Positions 16,986 to 26,470 of a stretch of DNA of 38,244 bases are shown here, one piece after another. Source of the DNA: a virus (lineage: Duplodnaviria > Caudoviricetes); the IMG/VR virus record IMGVR_UViG_3300012943_000046, positions 1-38,244 of that record; one strand, given 5' to 3'. Position 1 is the first letter of the stretch, and the number at the start of each line of letters is the position of its first letter. Both the position numbers and the translations under genes were made by a program. The notes below the pieces were generated by a model, which was given only the letters and a program-made list of their open reading frames with translations, had not been told where the DNA came from and made no database searches.

Positions 16986-18545
16986 ATGGCCAAAAAGCCC
17001 GCCAAGACCCAGCCGGCCTTCGCTGCCGGCCGCGCCCGGCAGTCCATCGCCAGCCGGTTCAACCCCATCCGGGGCCTGACCCCGGCGCGCCTGGTCTCCT
17101 TCATGGACGCCTGGGACCATGGGTTCCTCCGCAACGCCGCCGAGTCCTACTCCCAGATCGCGGAACGCGACGACCAGGTGGTCACCTGCTCCACCAAGCG
17201 CGTTCGCGGACCCGCCCGCCTCAACTACGAGATCCTGCAGGTCGACGACTCGCCCGAAGCCGAGCGCGATGCCGGGATCCTGACCGCCTTCTACAATAAC
17301 ATAGAGGTCACCCACACCCTCGATGCCGACGAGCGCGGCGGTGTGCGGCTCCTGGTGAAGCAGATGCTCAGCTGCATCGGCATGCGGTACGCCGTCCATG
17401 AGATCGTCTGGCGACCGTCCCCGTCCGGTCTCTCGGCCGAGTTTCGTTTCGTGCCGCTGGCATTCTTCGAGCGGACCGCCGGCAAGCTGCGCTTCCTGAT
17501 GAGCGACCTCGCGGTCGAGGGCGTGCCGCTGGAGCCGGGCGGCTGGATGGTGACCGTCGGCGACGGCCTCATGAAGGCCACGGCGATCGCCTACATGTTC
17601 AAGACGATGCCCCTGAAGTCCTGGGTGAGCTTCTGCGAGAAGTACGGCGTGCCCGGTCTCCATGGCACCACCTCGGCCGCGAAGGACACGCCGGAGTGGC
17701 AGGCGATGGCCGACGCCCTCGCGCACTTCGGCGAGGATCTGGCGCTCCTTACCAACGAGGGCGCGAAGATCACGCCGATCACCGTGGCGCAGTCAGGCAG
17801 TCAGCCGCACCAGCCGCTCGTCGAGCGCATGGACCGCGCCATCTCCCGCATCTGGCTCGGCGGGGACCTGGCCACCATGTCCGCCGGCCAGCAGGCCGTC
17901 GGCTCCGAGGCGCAGACCGGAGATCTCGACAACCTCGAGGAGGACGACGCCAACCACGTCACTGAGACGCTCAACTACTACGTCGACGCGGAAGTCATCC
18001 GCCTGCGCACGGGCTCCCTCGAGCCCAAGGCCTACTTCCGCCTGATCCCGAAGCCGCGCCTTGCCGTCGATCGCGACGTGAAGCGGATCGAGGCCGCCCA
18101 GAAGTTCGGCGTGCCGATCTCGCGGAAGTACGTGCGCCAGGTGCTTGCGCTCCCGGAGCCGCTCGAGGGCGAGGAATTGCTGCGCGAACTGGCTCCGGCG
18201 CCGGCCTTCCCCGGTGGCCAGCCGTTTCCAGGCATGAATCCCGCCCTGGCTAACGAACTGGCCACCTCCGCTCGCCAGGAAATCTTCCGCGCGCAGGCGC
18301 TGCGCGACATCGCCCTCGCCAAGTCCGAGGCACTGCGGCCGCTGCGCGACCGCTTGGTCGAGATCCTGGGCATGGATGACGAGCAGATGGATGTCGCGCT
18401 CCTCAAGCTCCAAAACGACGCGCCCCAGATCCTGCGCGATCGCGGAGCGACGAGCGCCGAGATCGACGCCTGGACGAAGGTCTTCGCGACCGGCGTCGCC
18501 TCCGGAGCGATCGAGGCCGCGCAGCGTCCCACTTCCGCACGATGA
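16986..18545 (+). CDS. portal protein (Mu gp29/DUF935 family)
   Basis: GGGAGGG RBS, ATG 16986; GLTPARL, AVHEIVW, WVSFCEKYGVP, ISRIWLGGDLAT. Confidence 0.9.
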   Translation: MAKKPAKTQPAFAAGRARQSIASRFNPIRGLTPARLVSFMDAWDHGFLRNAAESYSQIAERDDQVVTCSTKRVRGPARLNYEILQVDDSPEAERDAGILTAFYNNIEVTHTLDADERGGVRLLVKQMLSCIGMRYAVHEIVWRPSPSGLSAEFRFVPLAFFERTAGKLRFLMSDLAVEGVPLEPGGWMVTVGDGLMKATAIAYMFKTMPLKSWVSFCEKYGVPGLHGTTSAAKDTPEWQAMADALAHFGEDLALLTNEGAKITPITVAQSGSQPHQPLVERMDRAISRIWLGGDLATMSAGQQAVGSEAQTGDLDNLEEDDANHVTETLNYYVDAEVIRLRTGSLEPKAYFRLIPKPRLAVDRDVKRIEAAQKFGVPISRKYVRQVLALPEPLEGEELLRELAPAPAFPGGQPFPGMNPALANELATSARQEIFRAQALRDIALAKSEALRPLRDRLVEILGMDDEQMDVALLKLQNDAPQILRDRGATSAEIDAWTKVFATGVASGAIEAAQRPTSAR

Positions 18546-19783
18546 AAACTCTGATCTACATGGAGCCCCCCACGCTCAATCTCCAGCAGCTCGTCGCGCT
18601 GGGCAACGAGGCTGCGCCCACCGGCGAGCCGCTGATCGGCCTCGGCAATGCCGTCGCCATCGATGACCACGGCTGGGCTATCATTCCCTACGGCGAGCAC
18701 ATGCACGAGCAGGGCCTGCAGCGCTTCGGCCGCGAGCAGGCCGAGGAGATCGAGGGCTACTTCCGCAACACCTGGAACACGATCAAACGCGCGATCGTGG
18801 GGCTCCCGATCTACAAGGGCCATCCCGACCTGGTTGATCAGCGCCAGAAATCGCTCGCCAACGCGAAGGACGAGGCGACGCGCGCACGCATCCGCGCTTC
18901 GATCGAGGAACTGAAGCGCCGCTATCCCGACCGCGCCAACTACGGTTCGATCGCGGATCTTGAGGTGCGCGACGATGGCCTCGCGGTGAAGCCCGTCCTG
19001 ACCGGCGACGGCGCCACCCTCGTGAACGAAAAGGGCCTGAGGTACTTCTCGCCGCACTGGCTCGCGCGCCAAGGCCCGAAGGAGAACGGCCGGGATGTCT
19101 TCACGCCTGCGTTCCTCCTCAGCATCGGCCTCACGGATAATCCCAACATCCACGGCACGAGCCTCGTCAATTCCCGTTCCGGTTCTCCGGACCAATCCAA
19201 CCCGCAACTCGATACCACCATGCCCAAATGGCTCCTTGAACTCCTGGGCTTCGCCAACGAAGCCGAAGCCACCCAGGAGAACGTCACCACGAAGGTGAAG
19301 AACCTTCTCGCCCGCCCGGAACAAACCGCACTGGCCAACGAACAAACGCGCGTCGGCACGCTCACCACCGAGCGTGACACCGCGAAGACCAAACAGACCG
19401 AAGCCGAAATGGCCCTGGCCAACGAGCGCAGCGCGCACGGGCTCACCCGCAAGGCCTACATCGGCACCCTGGTCGACAACGCCATCCGCGACGGCCGCAT
19501 CACCGAGGCGCAGAAGCCCGTCTGGGCCGGCCGCCTCGAGCGCGACTTCACCGCCGAGTCCACCGCACTGGCTAACGAGTCGGTGAAGGTGAAGATCACG
19601 CCGATGACCGGCAACATGGGCGGCCGCCAGGCCAGCTCCGATGCCGCGCAGCAGTTCGAGGCGCTGGTCAACGAGGCCCTCCCGAAACATGGCAACAATC
19701 GCGACCGCGCCTGGGCGACCGTGAAGACGAGCAAGCCCGGCAAGGCGCTCTGGGAGCAGATGCAAGCCGGCGAGGCCAAGTAG
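18542..19783 (+). CDS. Mu gpI-like head maturation protease with C-terminal scaffold (probable internal start at ATG 19220)
   Basis: PIYKGHPD, YFSPHW, LLSIGLTDNPNI; then MPKWLLELLG coiled coil and LVDNAIRDGRIT. Confidence 0.88.
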   Translation: MKTLIYMEPPTLNLQQLVALGNEAAPTGEPLIGLGNAVAIDDHGWAIIPYGEHMHEQGLQRFGREQAEEIEGYFRNTWNTIKRAIVGLPIYKGHPDLVDQRQKSLANAKDEATRARIRASIEELKRRYPDRANYGSIADLEVRDDGLAVKPVLTGDGATLVNEKGLRYFSPHWLARQGPKENGRDVFTPAFLLSIGLTDNPNIHGTSLVNSRSGSPDQSNPQLDTTMPKWLLELLGFANEAEATQENVTTKVKNLLARPEQTALANEQTRVGTLTTERDTAKTKQTEAEMALANERSAHGLTRKAYIGTLVDNAIRDGRITEAQKPVWAGRLERDFTAESTALANESVKVKITPMTGNMGGRQASSDAAQQFEALVNEALPKHGNNRDRAWATVKTSKPGKALWEQMQAGEAK

Positions 19784-19843
19784 GCCGCGCCCTTCGCTCC
19801 AACCGAAATCTCCATCCCGCAACTCATCCTCAACCAACTCCCG

Positions 19844-20350
19844 ATGAATACCATCATGACCCTCCTCGCTATCCTCGCGGTGATCGCGCTGCTCTGCAGC
19901 TGGATCGCCTCGCGCCCTCGCGGCGCGCAATTCGTCCCTCTCGCCAACGTCGGCGAGGGCACCTATGCCGACGGGCTCGACCCGTTCACCGCTGACAATG
20001 CCTTCGCCGAGACCTACTCCCTCGGCAAGCTCGGGGCTGCCGTCGGCGGCATCGATGTCTGCGGCGTCAACGATACGCCCTTCGGCGTCGTCCAGGAAGC
20101 CGCGGCCGCCGGCGATGGCACCACCGTCGAGCAGCTCGGCAAGGGTCGAACGAAGCTCATGCGCGTCGCTGCCGGCGGCGTGACGTTCAAGGACCGACTT
20201 GTGCCGGCGGCCGCCGGCCGCGTTGCCCCGCTCTCCGAGGTGCCTGGCACCTACTGGGTCGTCGGCGTCGCGCTCGGCACCCAGGCGACGACCGGCGACT
20301 TGGTCCACGTCGCCGACTGCCAGCCCCATCAGGTGACCGTCGAATCCTAA
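19844..20350 (+). CDS. capsid decoration/cement protein (DUF2190-like) with N-terminal hydrophobic anchor
   Basis: PFGVVQEAAAAGD...LVPAAAGRV...VVGVAL...GDLVHV; lies between protease and capsid genes. Confidence 0.75.
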   Translation: MNTIMTLLAILAVIALLCSWIASRPRGAQFVPLANVGEGTYADGLDPFTADNAFAETYSLGKLGAAVGGIDVCGVNDTPFGVVQEAAAAGDGTTVEQLGKGRTKLMRVAAGGVTFKDRLVPAAAGRVAPLSEVPGTYWVVGVALGTQATTGDLVHVADCQPHQVTVES

Positions 20351-20396
20351 ACCGACGCGCATCTCCAACCACGATTCCAACTCAACCCAAACTCAC

Positions 20397-21392
20397 ATGA
20401 AGCAGATTAATTTTCCGCTCGTCTCGCTCGGCAACGAGGGCCCGCCCATCCTCACGGATTATGCGCGGCTCGTGCCCGGCGCCATCGCGCTCGCCAACGA
20501 GTCGCGTCTCACCACCGCCACCTACTCCGAAGGCCTCACGGGTTATCTCGTCGGCTGGCAGGACAAGGAAGACCTGCAGGGCCAGGTCGCCTACATCGCG
20601 CCGCCGGTACCGTCCGCCCGCCGCTACGAATTCAAGAAGGCGAAGAACGCCGAAGCGTTCCTCTCTGATACGGATGACGAGCGCGTGATCGGCAGCTCCT
20701 TCAAGCGCGTTGAATACAGCGGCGAAACCGTCCTGGGCAAAACGAAGAACCGCGGCCTCACCACGCGTCTCGATCGCGACCAGATGAGCGGCCTGATGTC
20801 CGAGGAGCGCGCCGTGCTCCTCCTGCGCCAGCGCATCTACCGCAACAAGCTCCGTCGTGCCGTCACCGCGGTGCTCGGTCTCGCCCACAACACTCCCGTG
20901 ACGTGGGGCTCGGAATCCCAACCCGACGAGGATATGCGCGCCGCGGTTGCCGCGGGGCAGCTCGCCTCCGGCTTGTTCCCGAACCGCGGGCTCATCGGCC
21001 TCACGGCCTGGAACCTGCGCGCGTCGGCCCACTCGGGCGGCGACAAGGCCGGCAACTTCGCCGGCATCGGCAAGAGCGCCAGCGAGGTCGGCCAGCTGAT
21101 CGGCCTGCAGGACATGCGCACGCTCGCGTCGCTCTACCAGCAGAGCGGCACGGCCAAGGCCCGCATCCTCGAATCCCTCGCGGTGTTCTTCTACGCGCAG
21201 GATCTCGTCGGTGAAAACGATCCCACGCACGTGAAGCAGTTCGTGTCCCCCGTTGACGGCGGCGGCGACATGCGCGTTCACCGCGAGGAAGTCGGTCCCA
21301 AGTTCATCGACATCACCGTGGAGCACTACGACGACATCGTCGGCACCTCCGACGTGGGCGCCGAGAAGCTCACCATCACCGCCGGCTCGTAA
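20397..21392 (+). CDS. major capsid protein
   Basis: 331 aa, position after decoration gene, followed by a terminator; IAPPVP...YEFK, TWG...PDED, PNRGLIG. Confidence 0.85.
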   Translation: MKQINFPLVSLGNEGPPILTDYARLVPGAIALANESRLTTATYSEGLTGYLVGWQDKEDLQGQVAYIAPPVPSARRYEFKKAKNAEAFLSDTDDERVIGSSFKRVEYSGETVLGKTKNRGLTTRLDRDQMSGLMSEERAVLLLRQRIYRNKLRRAVTAVLGLAHNTPVTWGSESQPDEDMRAAVAAGQLASGLFPNRGLIGLTAWNLRASAHSGGDKAGNFAGIGKSASEVGQLIGLQDMRTLASLYQQSGTAKARILESLAVFFYAQDLVGENDPTHVKQFVSPVDGGGDMRVHREEVGPKFIDITVEHYDDIVGTSDVGAEKLTITAGS

Positions 21393-21414
21393 TCGCCCGG
21401 TGCTTTCTGGATTC

Positions 21415-21447
21415 GCCCCCGCCGCCCGATCGGGCGGGGGCTTTTTT
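21415..21447 (+). terminator. rho-independent terminator after the capsid gene
   Basis: GCCCCCGCC / GGCGGGGGC stem followed by TTTTTT. Confidence 0.85.
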
Positions 21448-21467
21448 AGAAACCATCCCGCCATCCC

Positions 21468-21854
21468 ATGAAGACCACTATCACCCGCGCCGACATCGAC
21501 GCCCTGCTCGCCAAGAGCGAAATCGATGTCTGCACCAAGTTCGACAAGGTCACCGTCGTCACGGTGAAGCTGCCCAACGGCTTCGTCCTGGTGGAAGCCA
21601 GCGGCGCCGTGGACAAGGCAAACTACAACGAGGAAATGGGCCGGAAGGTCTGCCTCGATCGCGTTGCGCAGAAGCTGTGGCCTTTCGAAGGCTATCAGCT
21701 CTCTACGAAGATCGCGGCCAACCTGCCGGACATCGCCGAGCAGCTGCTCCAGCTCTGCTGCGAGATCGATAAGATTCCGGGATCTACGGAACAAACTGCC
21801 GCCTCCATCCGCGCCTGCGAACTGCGCAACCAGGTCGCCGCGCGCTGCGTCTAA
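21468..21854 (+). CDS. phage Gp49/66 family protein
   Basis: TVVTVKLPNGFVLVEASGAVDKANYNEEMGRKVC...KLWPFEGY. Confidence 0.85.
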   Translation: MKTTITRADIDALLAKSEIDVCTKFDKVTVVTVKLPNGFVLVEASGAVDKANYNEEMGRKVCLDRVAQKLWPFEGYQLSTKIAANLPDIAEQLLQLCCEIDKIPGSTEQTAASIRACELRNQVAARCV

Positions 21855-21857
21855 CCC

Positions 21858-22313
21858 ATGGCCTGGATCACCCTCACCGAAGCCGATGTCCTCCGGAAGC
21901 TCGCCGCCCCGGAACTCGATGCCGCACGCACGGCCGCGATCGCTGACGGCCAGGCCGATCCGTTGCCTGGCGTGATCAGCGAGATCACCCTCGAAGTCCG
22001 CTCCCGTGTCGCGGCGTGCGATCGGAATATCCTGGGCGAAGGCGTCACGATTCCCGACGAGTGCAGTGCGGCCGCGCTGGCGCGGATCCGCTTCGAACTC
22101 GCGACCCGCCTGCCCGGTGGCGGCGGCCTTCTCGATGAAGACCGGCGCAAGGCCAACGACAACGCGCTGTCCTTCCTCCGCGATGTCGCGGCCTGCGATG
22201 TGGCGATCGTGCCACCCGAAACCGCCGCGCCTGAACAGGCCGGCTCGGGCAACGCGCAGGTGATCTCCGGCACGTGCCGCAAGTTCACCCGCCAGGGAAT
22301 GAGCGGGCTCTGA
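21858..22313 (+). CDS. head-tail adaptor (Mu gp36/DUF1320-like)
   Basis: MAWITLTEADV...IPDE...RRKANDNALSFLRDVA. Confidence 0.8.
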   Translation: MAWITLTEADVLRKLAAPELDAARTAAIADGQADPLPGVISEITLEVRSRVAACDRNILGEGVTIPDECSAAALARIRFELATRLPGGGGLLDEDRRKANDNALSFLRDVAACDVAIVPPETAAPEQAGSGNAQVISGTCRKFTRQGMSGL

Positions 22314-22315
22314 TC

Positions 22316-23170
22316 ATGTCCTGGTACGCACTCCAACTCGGCTACCCTCACAAGGCTCGCATGAAAGCGATGGCCGAAGGCGTCGCGGCGCTCGGCGGCC
22401 GTGTCGAGGTCGTGTCGGAAACGGCATCGGCGGATGACCTCATGCGGCTCCTGTCGTCGGCCCGCCCGCGCTTCGCCTTCACCTGCGGCATGCATCGCGA
22501 GGCAGCGCGGCCGCGTGGGATCCTCGCGGGTTTCGATGTTCCTCTCCTGGTGCTCGACTGTGGGTGGTTCAACCGCGCCGAGGGCGGCGACGATGAAGAG
22601 GGCTACAACCAACTCGGCCTCGGGCAGCTCAACTGGCTTCCGCCGCGGTGCCATCGCTCGCCGCGCCGCTGGCTCGCCCATGGGCTGACGATTGCCCCGC
22701 GGCAGGCCCGCCCCGGCAACAAACGTCTCCTGGTTCTCGGCCAGGTCCCCAACGACTCCCAGCACCACCTGAGCGTCAACGGGCTCGCCTCCTGGCTGAC
22801 CGAACGCGCTGCGGAATGTTACGCGCAAGGTTGGACGATCCTCTACCGGCCGCATCCTCGGCATGTCCTGACCACGCTGCGGATTCCGCACACGGTGATG
22901 GATCCGGCAGAGCCACTGGCCAACCAGCTCGCCGGTGTCGCGGCCGCGCTGACTTTCAACTCGACCGCCGGGCTCGAGGCGCTGCGCGCGGGCGTGCCCG
23001 TGGGTTGCGATTCCTCCGCACACTATCACCGGGTCGCGGGGATCACCGATCCGGACGAGCTGCTCGCGCACTGCGAACTCCTGGCCGCCGCCCAGTGGAC
23101 CTGCGCCGAACTCCGCACGGGCGCGCCGCTGCGCTTCATGGCGCAGTTCTCCAAGAGGATCCTGCCATGA
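22316..23170 (+). CDS. KpsC/KpsS-like (Capsule_synth) GT-B glycosyltransferase
   Basis: Start at ATG 22316; LLVLGQVPNDSQ, ILYRPHP, TFNSTAGLEALRAGVPV, QWTCAELRTG. Confidence 0.82.
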   Translation: MSWYALQLGYPHKARMKAMAEGVAALGGRVEVVSETASADDLMRLLSSARPRFAFTCGMHREAARPRGILAGFDVPLLVLDCGWFNRAEGGDDEEGYNQLGLGQLNWLPPRCHRSPRRWLAHGLTIAPRQARPGNKRLLVLGQVPNDSQHHLSVNGLASWLTERAAECYAQGWTILYRPHPRHVLTTLRIPHTVMDPAEPLANQLAGVAAALTFNSTAGLEALRAGVPVGCDSSAHYHRVAGITDPDELLAHCELLAAAQWTCAELRTGAPLRFMAQFSKRILP

Positions 23171-23934
23171 ACGGTCCGGCACAGATCCAAATCCTGGTCC
23201 CGTTTTGGGGCAACCATCCGGACTATCGACGCTGGCTCGATGAGTGGCTGGAACACTACCGGCAGAGCGGTTGCAACGCGCCTGTAACGATCATTTCCGA
23301 CGACGTTCTGCCGGTCGAAATTCCCGCGGTGAAATGCCAGCTCGACTGCCGCGCCTATCAGGACTTGGTCGATCCCCGCTATCCATACGACCGGAAGGCG
23401 GCGATCGTGTGCGCTGCGCTGCTGCATTTCGAGGGTCCGCTTCTGGTGCTCGATGCCGACGCCTGGCTGGTGGGCGATCCGATACCGCTGGTCGAGTCGT
23501 TCATCAATGAGCCGATTGCCATGCCCGCTGACGAGGGCGCTTTCGGCAAGCGGTATCCTGGTCCGCATGACATGATCGTGCGCCGTTGCGCGGGAGTCAT
23601 CTTCTTTGGTGCTCCGCGTCGCAATGTTCGCATTCGGCTGATCGAGCGGTACCGCGAGCGCTTCCTGGCGCTGCGCGAGTTGATCGCCACCGGAGCCATG
23701 CCCGAAGAGCGCCGGCTCCTCGAGCAGCACGCGTGGACGTTTGTTGCCGACCTGTTCGGCACGCCTGTGCTGCCGCGCGAACTCAACTGGCCCGCTTGTT
23801 TTGTGCATGCTGGGGAGAACCCCGCGGCCGTCATCCATCATCATATCGGCAAGCGTAAGTGGATCAATGCCGAGGCCGCGCCCACGCCGGGCCTGCTCAA
23901 TGACGGGCAACTCAAGTCTCTCGCTCGCGTATGA
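23167..23934 (+). CDS. GT-A fold nucleotide-diphospho-sugar glycosyltransferase
   Basis: Start at ATG 23167; LLVLDADA (DxD), CAGVIFF, LLEQHAW, LPRELNW, VIHHHIG. Confidence 0.8.
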   Translation: MNGPAQIQILVPFWGNHPDYRRWLDEWLEHYRQSGCNAPVTIISDDVLPVEIPAVKCQLDCRAYQDLVDPRYPYDRKAAIVCAALLHFEGPLLVLDADAWLVGDPIPLVESFINEPIAMPADEGAFGKRYPGPHDMIVRRCAGVIFFGAPRRNVRIRLIERYRERFLALRELIATGAMPEERRLLEQHAWTFVADLFGTPVLPRELNWPACFVHAGENPAAVIHHHIGKRKWINAEAAPTPGLLNDGQLKSLARV

Positions 23935-24242
23935 CGGCTCACATCACAGCGCATGCCCATGAGCGCGGCCGCGAACGGCTGGGCCTACATCGCTCCGCTT
24001 TGGAGCGCACCGCGGAGATTGCCCTGCGCGAAGGGTTCACCCAGGCGGATGCCACAGGCCAACTCAAGAGATACCTTGATCGCCTCTATTTCAGTCAACG
24101 CTCGGCGAACAACCTCCGGATCCATGGCGAGAATGTTTATATTTTCGCCGGCAAAACGCTCGTGACGGTCCATCCGGTACCGGCGCAACTGCGCGGGCAT
24201 TTGCGGAGCCTGCGCCAGCACCGATCTGGAGGTGCAGCATGA
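23931..24242 (+). CDS. small hypothetical protein, possible RelE/DUF4258-like RNase fold
   Basis: ITAHAHERGRERLG...VYIFAGKTLVTV. Confidence 0.55.
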   Translation: MTAHITAHAHERGRERLGLHRSALERTAEIALREGFTQADATGQLKRYLDRLYFSQRSANNLRIHGENVYIFAGKTLVTVHPVPAQLRGHLRSLRQHRSGGAA

Positions 24243-25084
24243 TCTATCGGGCTCCATTGCCGTTTACCGAGGCGCTCGAATCGAACGCCGCGCGCGTCCT
24301 GCTGCCGACCGATTTTCGCACGCGCCTCTTGAGCACGCTCGATCCGGAGCTGCGTCGCCGCGCCGTGTTCACCGCCAGTGGCACCAACGCGCAGCACGTG
24401 GGCGAGATCCAGGACGTTGCCCAGGAGATCCTTGAAGGCCGGCTCAATCGCGCCGAAGGCCGGGCCCGCTTGCGCGAGCTGGTGGACGGGCTCGGCTACC
24501 AGCCGGTGCCAGGCGAAGAGGGCAGCCTCACCGACCTGTCGAGCGAGCGCCGCATCAACCTGCAGATCGATACCAACGTGCAGCAAATGCAGGAACTCGG
24601 CCGCGCGATCCAGCAGGACCAGCCGGCAATTCGCGACGAGTTCCCGGCGTGGGAGCTGGTGCGGTTCTCTTCGCCAGAGAATCCCGAAGCCATGCGCGAC
24701 TGGGCGGCGCGCTGGGTGAAAGCCGGCGGCGAATTCTACGGCGACGGCCGCATGATCGCGCGCAAAGACTCCCAGGTGTGGGAACGTCTTGGCGACCCCG
24801 ATCTCTTCTCCGACGGGCTCGGTAACAACTACCCGCCCTACGCGTTTAACTCTGGCGTGGGGCGGCGCGCCGTCGATCGGGACGAGGCCGTGTCTCTCGG
24901 CGTGATCGGCGAGGATGACGAGGTGGCCTCGCTGCCGCCCACGGCGAATGGTGGATTGAAGCTCGCCGTTGCTCTTTCGACCGACTCCCTGGCGCAGGCC
25001 ATGGTGGAGGATCTCGCATCCAAGGGCGTGGAGGCGCGCGTCGTCGACGGCGTGCTCCGCTTCATCGGAGGCACCGCGCCATGA
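24239..25084 (+). CDS. Mu gpF-like head morphogenesis protein
   Basis: RRINLQIDTNV, FPAWEL, RDWAARW, YPPYAFNSG. Confidence 0.8.
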   Translation: MIYRAPLPFTEALESNAARVLLPTDFRTRLLSTLDPELRRRAVFTASGTNAQHVGEIQDVAQEILEGRLNRAEGRARLRELVDGLGYQPVPGEEGSLTDLSSERRINLQIDTNVQQMQELGRAIQQDQPAIRDEFPAWELVRFSSPENPEAMRDWAARWVKAGGEFYGDGRMIARKDSQVWERLGDPDLFSDGLGNNYPPYAFNSGVGRRAVDRDEAVSLGVIGEDDEVASLPPTANGGLKLAVALSTDSLAQAMVEDLASKGVEARVVDGVLRFIGGTAP

Positions 25085-25743
25085 TCGGCATCACCGTCAA
25101 CGTCAACGATGGGGCCAGCGATGCCATCGCCGAATTCGCAGCCGGCCTGCAGCCCGAGGCGCTCAACGGCGTGGTCGGCGAGACCGGCGTGCGCGTGTAC
25201 CAGGACCATCTCCGCACGCTGGAGCGCGACCGGCCGAATGCTCTCGGCGGCAGCCGCACTCACTTCTATGCGAACGCGGCGCGCGCCACCAACTGGCGCC
25301 CTGTCGAGGGCGGTGTGATGATCTCGATCAACCACCTCGGCATGGCCCAGCGGTACTACGGCGGCGTCATCAAGCCGGTCCGCAAGAAGTATCTCACAGA
25401 GCCGGCGATCGCCGAGGCCCACGGCAAGACTGCGGCCGAGTTTCCGGACCTCGTGCTGGTCTTCGGGCGCGGCGGCGAGCCCTACGCGCTGGCGCGACGG
25501 GACAACCGCGCCCTCGATCGGGGCGCTGCCTCCGGCAACGGCGGCGCGATCGGGCAGCGCAAACCCGAGATCGTCTTCTGGCTGAAAAAGTCTGTGAGCC
25601 AGAAGCCCGATCCTTCCGTGCTGCCCGCAGAAGAAACGGTGCAGGACGAAATCGGCCGCCGGGTCCTCAGCTATGCCACGCGACTGTGGCAGCGCAGCCT
25701 GGGCGGTCCGCGCGGCCGCACGATGGATGGAGGGAACAACTGA
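25081..25743 (+). CDS. Mu gpG-like virion morphogenesis/tail completion protein
   Basis: AQRYYGGVIKPVRKKYL...FWLKKSV; follows the F-like gene. Confidence 0.65.
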   Translation: MIGITVNVNDGASDAIAEFAAGLQPEALNGVVGETGVRVYQDHLRTLERDRPNALGGSRTHFYANAARATNWRPVEGGVMISINHLGMAQRYYGGVIKPVRKKYLTEPAIAEAHGKTAAEFPDLVLVFGRGGEPYALARRDNRALDRGAASGNGGAIGQRKPEIVFWLKKSVSQKPDPSVLPAEETVQDEIGRRVLSYATRLWQRSLGGPRGRTMDGGNN

Positions 25744-26423
25744 TGGATCCGCTCGAACGCGATCAGGAATTCTACCGCGCACTCTACGAGAGTGACGGCT
25801 ACCTCGCGACGGTAACGGTAATCGCCGAGACCAAGGGTGTCATCGAGGCCGACATCCTGAGAAAACTCTCCACGCTCAACAAGAAGGGCGGGAAGCTCGG
25901 CGCGATCATCGTCATCCTGCAGCCGGAACTCCAGGCCTCGGCGCCCGACGCGCGCGGCCCGGAATATTTCTCAGTGATCCGGGTGCAGGTGATCGAAGAT
26001 CGCTTGATGAACCGCACCTCGGCCGGCACGGAGATCACCTCCTGGCAGTTGGCAGAGCGCTGCCGGCAGCTGGGCCATCGCCGCAATTTCGGGTTCGGCC
26101 CCTACGCCTTCGCTGGCATGGTCCCGGCGCCGCAAGCGGTCACGACCCGCGACAGCATGGTCTTGACCTTCCGCCGCCTGGCGCGCGACGAGGAGATCCC
26201 GAAGCTTCCCGCGGTCCTTATCGATCCGGAGGAGGGCGCGTCGCCGGTCGTGGTCACACTCACGGGATTTCCCGGTGCCGCGATCTGGTATTCCCTCGAT
26301 GGCAGCTACCCCACGTTGCCCTACGAAGCGCCCCTCAATGTCACCGTGGGCTCCACGCTGCTCGTCGCGCAAACCCTCGACGGCTACGCGCCGAGCGACC
26401 TTTCCGCCGCCACGTTCACCTAA
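25743..26423 (+). CDS. putative tail terminator/neck protein with C-terminal chitobiase/FN3-associated domain
   Basis: Start at ATG 25743; C-terminus VTLT...GAAIWYSLDGSYP...YEAPL...S...ATF. Confidence 0.65.
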   Translation: MDPLERDQEFYRALYESDGYLATVTVIAETKGVIEADILRKLSTLNKKGGKLGAIIVILQPELQASAPDARGPEYFSVIRVQVIEDRLMNRTSAGTEITSWQLAERCRQLGHRRNFGFGPYAFAGMVPAPQAVTTRDSMVLTFRRLARDEEIPKLPAVLIDPEEGASPVVVTLTGFPGAAIWYSLDGSYPTLPYEAPLNVTVGSTLLVAQTLDGYAPSDLSAATFT

Positions 26424-26470
26424 ATTTTTCCAGAACCTAGTTCCGAAATCCCAGACCCGAATCACGCATC

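Noticed and set aside
14700-23182. Long - strand ORFs (e.g. 15762-17726, 18032-20380, 20382-21794, 21851-23182)
   Set aside because: Antisense to clearly recognisable structural genes
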